Below, piece after piece: positions 58,539 to 64,000 of a stretch of 64,000 nucleotides of DNA. Numbering within the stretch: position 1 is the stretch's first letter; each line of letters starts with the position of its first letter. A program made the translations under genes and the position numbers. The stretch is taken from contig JAVJSW010000042.1 of the NCBI GenBank assembly GCA_040219255.1, positions 32,001 through 96,000 of the forward strand, written 5' to 3'. The notes under the pieces were generated by a model, which did no database searches, was not told the origin of the DNA, and worked only from the letters and a program-made list of their open reading frames with translations. The stretch is from Sumerlaeia bacterium (GTDB lineage Bacteria; Sumerlaeota; Sumerlaeia; SLMS01; JAHLLQ01).

Positions 58539-61500
58539 TTGGCCGACAGCCCGGACAATTCGCCCGAAGTCACCGAACCCACTCCTTCACAGGAGGGGGC
58601 GTCCCAGGGCACGTCCGCCCCACCAACGGGCAAGCGCAAGCGCCGTTGGTTGCGGCGGATTCTCTGGTTTCTCGCCGTCGTCCTCTTGCTGATCGTTCTG
58701 CTCGTGGCGCTGCTGCCGACGATTCTGACCAGTGGACCCGCTGAAGACTTCGCCTCCGAGCAGGCCAGCGAAATCCTCGGGCGGGAGGTGAAGCTCGAGG
58801 GTTTGAGCTTCGGTTGGACCAAGCCGCTGCGGCTCGACCGCCTGCGCGTCGGTGCCGAAGAGGGCGAAGGCGACTACCCGCTCCTCGACATCGAGAATGT
58901 TTCGATGCCGAAGTCGTTGCTGTCGCTGGCCCACCTGCCGCCCTACGAGGCCGAGCTGAATGTTGGCCGCATTGAGGCCAACGTTGTGAGAGACGAAGAC
59001 GGCGTGCTGAACCTGGAGAAAGTGCTGCAGGCCATCGAGGAGCGCTTTCCCCCGAAGGATGTGCCCGAACCGGAACCGGAGCCGGGCCCCATCGAGTTGC
59101 CGCTCGATCAGATCGACGTCGGCATCGAGACGATCGACCTGCGTTACGTGGACTTGGCGGCGACGCGGACTTTGATCGCGGGGCTGGAGGACGGCGCGCT
59201 TTCCGCCCGTTGGCCCGGCGGGCCGCAACCTCTGGCTCTGACCATCGAAGGGGCTTTTCGCCTGAATGACGAGCGCCTGCCCTGGGACGTCCAAGCCGAG
59301 GTGCGCGATTGGATCGACGCGGAGCGCGTCGTGACGACGGAGACGCTCACCCTGGCGGCGACTTCGGCGGAGTCCCTGGACAACCCCGACCTGACCGGTG
59401 GAGGGTTCTCTCTGCTGGCGACGCTGCGGGAAATGGAGACGAATTCCCTGAGGGTCCGGGTTCCTTTCACTCCCCTCTACGATTTCGCGAGGGGCTACCC
59501 GCTTGGCACGCTGTTGCCGCCGGACCTGGAACTTCCCGAAACCGTCGCCGGGACCCTCGAGCTTGGCCTGAAGGCCACCCATAGCCAGCAATTCCAGCAC
59601 TTCACCGCCGAAACGGAAGCCTCGCTGCGAGGTTTCGCGGTGGAAGGCGGCCCCGTGGCCGGGCGGTTGGCGTTGCCGGGCTTGGAGCATTCGGCCTTTG
59701 CCGAAGTCGACCTCGCCTCCCATACACTGGAGCGGCTGGACTTGTCGCTGGAGAGCGCGCCGTTGACGCTGACCGCCGAGGCGGCGGCGCTCGACTGGCT
59801 GCACCCGGCGGAGGGATCGCGGCTGATGGCGCAGGGGTCCTTCGATCTTGGCCGCTTGGCCTCGATCGGCGCGGAAGTGCTCGGCGCCGGCGATCAGGCT
59901 TCCCTGCTGGACGCCCGCTTCGGTTTCAGCGCCCGGCTCCTGGAGGAAAGCGGCCCGAATCTGGTCGCGGTGGGCCTGACCGCGGAGGCGGAGCTGGGAG
60001 AGTTGCGGACGCTCGAACCGTTCGCTGAGAACCCGGAGTTCCTGACGAGCGGCAGCCTGAACCTTCGGCCCTTGTCCTTCGTGGCGCGGGGGCCGGTGCG
60101 ATATCGCGCTTCGGAGCACCTCGTGACCGTGCCGGATCTGGAGTTCGCCGGGGCTTTCACGACCGCCTCCCTGCGAGCCGAGGTGAACTTGGACGATCCG
60201 CTGGCCACCTGGGAATTGGCGCTATTCGGCGGGACGCATCTGACGGACCTGATCGCCTGGGACGCGCTGGATCGCTTCAAACCGGCGGATCTGCCGGACG
60301 TGCGGGCCTTGGCCGATTACGCCATTTCGGGATACGCGGTGACGGCGACGGAAGTGGCCACCAGCGGCACCGTGAACCTGACGAATGTGACGGTGGATTT
60401 GCCGCTGCGGGGCAAAGTGCTGGACAACGCGACGATCGCGGCCGACTGGGATGTGCGGGCCGATTATGAAGACCTGACCGTGGACATCGCACGGGTCGGT
60501 CTGGAGAGCCCCATCCTGCGGGCGAATTTGCGGGGGCGCTACACGCCGCGGGACTTCAACCTGGAAGGCGGAGCCGGGGCGGACCTCGAACCGATCATGG
60601 ACATCGCGAGCCTCTTCGCCGAAATTCCGGCCCAAGTGGGCGGATCGTTGGCGGCGGAATTCAGCGGCTCGGGCAACCCGGGCGATGCGGTCGAGATGAC
60701 TTTGCGTGCCACCACTCCCCGGCCGCTGGCGGTGGAAATGCCAGGCCTGATCGCCTTCTCGGAACCGTTCAGCACATCGCTGGCGGGGCAGGCTTTGTGG
60801 GAGGGGGATGGAATCAGCACCGCCACGCTCGACCTCAATTCGTTCACCTTTGGCGACGCGCTGGCCGCCAACGGCAAGGCCGTCGTCGACCTGACCGGCG
60901 GACGGGGGCTGGACTTCGAATTGGACTCGCTGCTCAATACAAGCCCCACATTGGCGTTGCTGGACCCGGCGTTGCTGGAATCCTACGGCGCGGCCGTGGC
61001 GGCCGAGGGCACGATCGAAACATTCGTGGCCGTCGACGGCCCTTTTGCGTTCGGCGAGGACGGTGTAGTTTTCTCCGAAGCGTGGACCATCGCGGGCGAG
61101 AACGACATCGCGCTGGAGTTCGTCGACTGGCTTTATCAACCTGAGCCCGCGCCCGATGAAACGGGCGAGTTGGCCGAGCCGGAGCCGCTGGCCGGGGTCT
61201 TAAAAGAAATCTTCGACAATCGCAAGTTCAATGTCTCGGTGGACTTGACCTCTCCAGTAGAAACGCTCGTTTACGAGGATGGCGCCATCAGCGGCTTCGA
61301 TTTCGTCGAGGGGCCTATGGGCGTCGCGGTCGACACGACGCGGGTGGAGACGGCGGTGCGTTACGCCACCGGAGAGCCCATCCCCTTCTCGGTCATGCGC
61401 GGCAGCTATCTGGGCGGGGTGCGCTACGGCAACGAGATCGTGACGCTGGAATGGCCGCGCACGGACTTCGCCACGGCGACCGTTACGGATCTGGAGGCGA

Positions 61501-63155
61501 CCGAGTTCCTTCTCGACTGGCTGGAATTCCGGTCGGGGAACGTGTTTTCCGGCGATGTGTCGGCCCTGGTGGACTGGGCGACGCTGGCGTGGCGGGCGGA
61601 GGGCGGCTTACAGTTGGAGAGCGCCGACGCGTTGGACCAAACCTACACACTGAGCGACGAGGCGCTGGCAGCCCTGGTTCCGGAGATGCAAGGGGGCGCG
61701 GCGCTGCTGTTCGACCTGAAGGGATACCCGCCGCCAGTGGATTATCAGGTGCTCGACGGATGGCCGGTAACCGGGCGGTTGCGGGCTTCGCTGGAGGGCT
61801 TTCAAGCCCGCAGCCGGGGCGCCGAACCGGGCGAAGCGCTCTATGACCTGCAGGGCGTGCGCGGGGCGTATTCCCTGGACCTGCCAACGACCGGATCGCT
61901 GGCGATGGCGGCGGAGTTTCTGATCGACCGGGTGGACAGCAACGCGATTCCGGAAAAACCGCTGGAGGACCTGGAGTTCCGCGGCCATCTGGCAGTCGAT
62001 GAATTGGACGAGGTCAGCGGCGAACTGGAACTCTTCGAGATCGCAAGCTATCGCACGCAGGCCTCGGGCACGCTGCGCATCGAGGGATTGCGAGACGCCC
62101 TGGCGGCCAACGAGTGGGCCGCGCTGCCGGTGTGGCTGCAGAATGTCACGCTGCGCCTGAACGCGAATCTGGCTCAGGACCTGACAGGTTTGGACGGGTT
62201 CGTCGAAGACCTGGACTCAAGCGGCGCTCTGGACCTGAATCTGACGGTCAGCAACACGCCTCGCAATCGCTTCCGCTTCGCGCCGCTGCTCAAGGCGGAC
62301 AATGTGAACTTCGCTTACGGGCAGCTGTTCCGTTTGGACAACTTCCGCGGCGAGTGGAACCTGGAGAAGACGCTGCTCCTCGACCCTGGCGCCCGCCCCG
62401 CCCCGCCGGCGCCGCCGGGTATTCTGAAGATCGAGGACATCTTTATCGACGCTAATGGCCTGGGCGGTCATTTGTCGGGCACGACGCTGGAGTTGCGAGG
62501 AGTGGAGCGGGGCCTGACGATCAGTACGACCACGGTGAATTTCCTGGGCGGGCCGGCGACATCGCAGTGGAAGCTGTTCCTGGACCGGGGCCTGCCGATC
62601 CTTTCGGGCAGCATGGAGATCACCGGGCTGAACGGCGGGAACATTGTGCCCGGTTTCAATGTCCGGGATGTGAGGCAGGCGGAAATCAACGCGGTGGCTT
62701 CGCTTCGATGGATTTTTCCGGAAAACCCGGCTCAAACGCTGATGGACAATCTGGCATTGTCGGTGCGGACAACCCGCATTGGCTCCCAAGCCCTGCGGCA
62801 GATCCTGCGGGCGCTGGACTCGAACCAGGACGATCCGCGATTCCAGGCCGCCATCGCGGCGCTGAACCTGGGGTCGCCGTCGGATGTGGAGCTGCGGCTG
62901 GAAAATGCGCTGGTCACCGCACGGGGCGATTTGCGCCTCGCCACAGGCAACGCGGTACCTCTGCCGATCCTGGACCGCGAGCCGGTGGGCGGGTTGGTCG
63001 GCGTGTACGACTTCAGTGCGCAGGCGCAACTCCTCGAGATGGTGCGCCGCGCGATCATTGTGATTCTCTCGGACGATTTGAGCGTCCTGCAGGAAGCGAT
63101 CCGTCCCCTGGACGGAGACACGGAAGGTGGAGCGACCGATGACGAAGACGACTAA
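58539..63155 (+). CDS. Large AsmA-like / YdbH-like intermembrane bridge protein
   Basis: 1538 aa; single N-terminal TM anchor after a basic patch; AsmA-type LGREVKL..LSFGW and DGVLNL; long beta-rich body; followed by a YdbL-like gene. Confidence 0.75.
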   Translation: MADSPDNSPEVTEPTPSQEGASQGTSAPPTGKRKRRWLRRILWFLAVVLLLIVLLVALLPTILTSGPAEDFASEQASEILGREVKLEGLSFGWTKPLRLDRLRVGAEEGEGDYPLLDIENVSMPKSLLSLAHLPPYEAELNVGRIEANVVRDEDGVLNLEKVLQAIEERFPPKDVPEPEPEPGPIELPLDQIDVGIETIDLRYVDLAATRTLIAGLEDGALSARWPGGPQPLALTIEGAFRLNDERLPWDVQAEVRDWIDAERVVTTETLTLAATSAESLDNPDLTGGGFSLLATLREMETNSLRVRVPFTPLYDFARGYPLGTLLPPDLELPETVAGTLELGLKATHSQQFQHFTAETEASLRGFAVEGGPVAGRLALPGLEHSAFAEVDLASHTLERLDLSLESAPLTLTAEAAALDWLHPAEGSRLMAQGSFDLGRLASIGAEVLGAGDQASLLDARFGFSARLLEESGPNLVAVGLTAEAELGELRTLEPFAENPEFLTSGSLNLRPLSFVARGPVRYRASEHLVTVPDLEFAGAFTTASLRAEVNLDDPLATWELALFGGTHLTDLIAWDALDRFKPADLPDVRALADYAISGYAVTATEVATSGTVNLTNVTVDLPLRGKVLDNATIAADWDVRADYEDLTVDIARVGLESPILRANLRGRYTPRDFNLEGGAGADLEPIMDIASLFAEIPAQVGGSLAAEFSGSGNPGDAVEMTLRATTPRPLAVEMPGLIAFSEPFSTSLAGQALWEGDGISTATLDLNSFTFGDALAANGKAVVDLTGGRGLDFELDSLLNTSPTLALLDPALLESYGAAVAAEGTIETFVAVDGPFAFGEDGVVFSEAWTIAGENDIALEFVDWLYQPEPAPDETGELAEPEPLAGVLKEIFDNRKFNVSVDLTSPVETLVYEDGAISGFDFVEGPMGVAVDTTRVETAVRYATGEPIPFSVMRGSYLGGVRYGNEIVTLEWPRTDFATATVTDLEATEFLLDWLEFRSGNVFSGDVSALVDWATLAWRAEGGLQLESADALDQTYTLSDEALAALVPEMQGGAALLFDLKGYPPPVDYQVLDGWPVTGRLRASLEGFQARSRGAEPGEALYDLQGVRGAYSLDLPTTGSLAMAAEFLIDRVDSNAIPEKPLEDLEFRGHLAVDELDEVSGELELFEIASYRTQASGTLRIEGLRDALAANEWAALPVWLQNVTLRLNANLAQDLTGLDGFVEDLDSSGALDLNLTVSNTPRNRFRFAPLLKADNVNFAYGQLFRLDNFRGEWNLEKTLLLDPGARPAPPAPPGILKIEDIFIDANGLGGHLSGTTLELRGVERGLTISTTTVNFLGGPATSQWKLFLDRGLPILSGSMEITGLNGGNIVPGFNVRDVRQAEINAVASLRWIFPENPAQTLMDNLALSVRTTRIGSQALRQILRALDSNQDDPRFQAAIAALNLGSPSDVELRLENALVTARGDLRLATGNAVPLPILDREPVGGLVGVYDFSAQAQLLEMVRRAIIVILSDDLSVLQEAIRPLDGDTEGGATDDEDD

Positions 63156-63723
63156 ATGGCTGCAGAGGATGACGGTGTTGGCTAGCTTGGCGGTTCTGAC
63201 GATGGGCTGCGGGCGTGGGCTGTTCAACATCAACATCGTCAGCGAGCAAACGACGCTGGAAAAACAGGTGCTGGGTACCTACAGCAGTCTCGGCCAGGAT
63301 TTGACGATCTACAGCAGTGTGCGCGGCGTGGCGCCGGACGGCACGCTGAAGGTCCCGCCGGAACGAACGCAGAGCCAGCAGCGCGTCTTCGAAGCGATCC
63401 GCAATCGCGAGTACAACCGGGACGACGTGGAGCGGCTCCTGGCGGACGGCGTCGTGGGCGAAGGCAACGATGGTCTCCTGATGATGCGCGAGGAAGCGAG
63501 CGCCGAGACCTTCATCGCTCTTACGGCGGAGGAAGTGCTCGCTATCGTGGAGGAAGAGAATGAGGACCGCCGCGCGATCCTGAATCGGCTGGTGACGACC
63601 ACGCCGGGCGTGGAGCGCGATCAGGCGGAGGATGTGGCATGGATTTTCGCGAGCCTGAATCAGGACGCGGCCCCCGCGGGCGCCTGGGTACAGGAACGGC
63701 GGGGCGATTGGCGGCGCAAATGA
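63139..63723 (+). CDS. YdbL/DUF1318 family lipoprotein
   Basis: Lipobox TMGC; GVVGEGNDGLL, ENEDRRAI and AGAWVQERRGDWRRK C-terminus. Confidence 0.82.
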   Translation: MTKTTKWLQRMTVLASLAVLTMGCGRGLFNINIVSEQTTLEKQVLGTYSSLGQDLTIYSSVRGVAPDGTLKVPPERTQSQQRVFEAIRNREYNRDDVERLLADGVVGEGNDGLLMMREEASAETFIALTAEEVLAIVEEENEDRRAILNRLVTTTPGVERDQAEDVAWIFASLNQDAAPAGAWVQERRGDWRRK

Positions 63724-64000
63724 CGATCGGAACCCCACGCCGTTCGCGGTTCGCGGCGGGTGCCCTGGCGGCTCTCGCGGCCGCGCCCGCCTTCGCGCCC
63801 GCTCAGGATCTGGAGGAGGATTTCCGCGCCTCCCTGCCGCCCCAGTTGCGGCTGCTCACGTCTGAGATCGGCGACGACTACAGCCCGTCCCTCTCGAGCG
63901 AAGAAGAGTGGATGGCCTTCGTCTCCGAGCGCGATGGCAGCCCGGAAATCTTCATCACCCGATTTCGCCAGAACGTCCCCGTGCCGCCTTCCGTGATCGA
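63720..64000 (+). CDS. Secreted TolB-like PD40-repeat protein (5' part only)
   Basis: ATGA overlap with the upstream stop; my translation gives a signal peptide then LTSEIGDDYSPSLS..EWMAFVSERDGSPEIFI. Confidence 0.75.
   Translation, partial: MTIGTPRRSRFAAGALAALAAAPAFAPAQDLEEDFRASLPPQLRLLTSEIGDDYSPSLSSEEEWMAFVSERDGSPEIFITRFRQNVPVPPSVI

Noticed and set aside
1-64000. CRISPR arrays, tRNA/rRNA, prophage, integrase/transposase, known defence systems
   Set aside because: None recognised by eye; short RNA genes could be missed without a covariance-model search

Overview
A GC-rich, densely coding 64 kb stretch of a diderm bacterial chromosome. The envelope gene set and a dockerin-like C-terminal tail suggest a Sumerlaeota/PVC-like lineage (inference only). 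Most genes are housekeeping or envelope genes: typA, clpX, plsY, trpC, trpD, polX, deoC, hldE, obgE, nth, queD, apgM, hprK, grpE, HU, mnmG, ABC transporter parts, glycosyltransferases, M4/M48/M50 peptidases and a YdbH/YdbL-like lipid-bridge operon. I found no rRNA, tRNA, CRISPR array, prophage or intact transposase. The most notable observations are: a DeoC with an N-terminal helix resembling a bacterial-microcompartment encapsulation peptide; a 1429-aa in-frame fusion of a PglF/CapD dehydratase and GT2 glycosyltransferase, behind a structured leader with a terminator; a parvulin foldase with a LysM domain inserted in it, divergent from an SH3/M48/AsmA/YdbL/TolB-like envelope operon; an ATPase-less PilB/GspE-like protein; an orphan CbbQ/NirQ ATPase; an MdnD-like tandem GNAT; a paralogous membrane-protein pair between trpD and trpC; and several MITE/REP-like intergenic repeats. 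All family calls come from recognising motifs by eye, without database searches.
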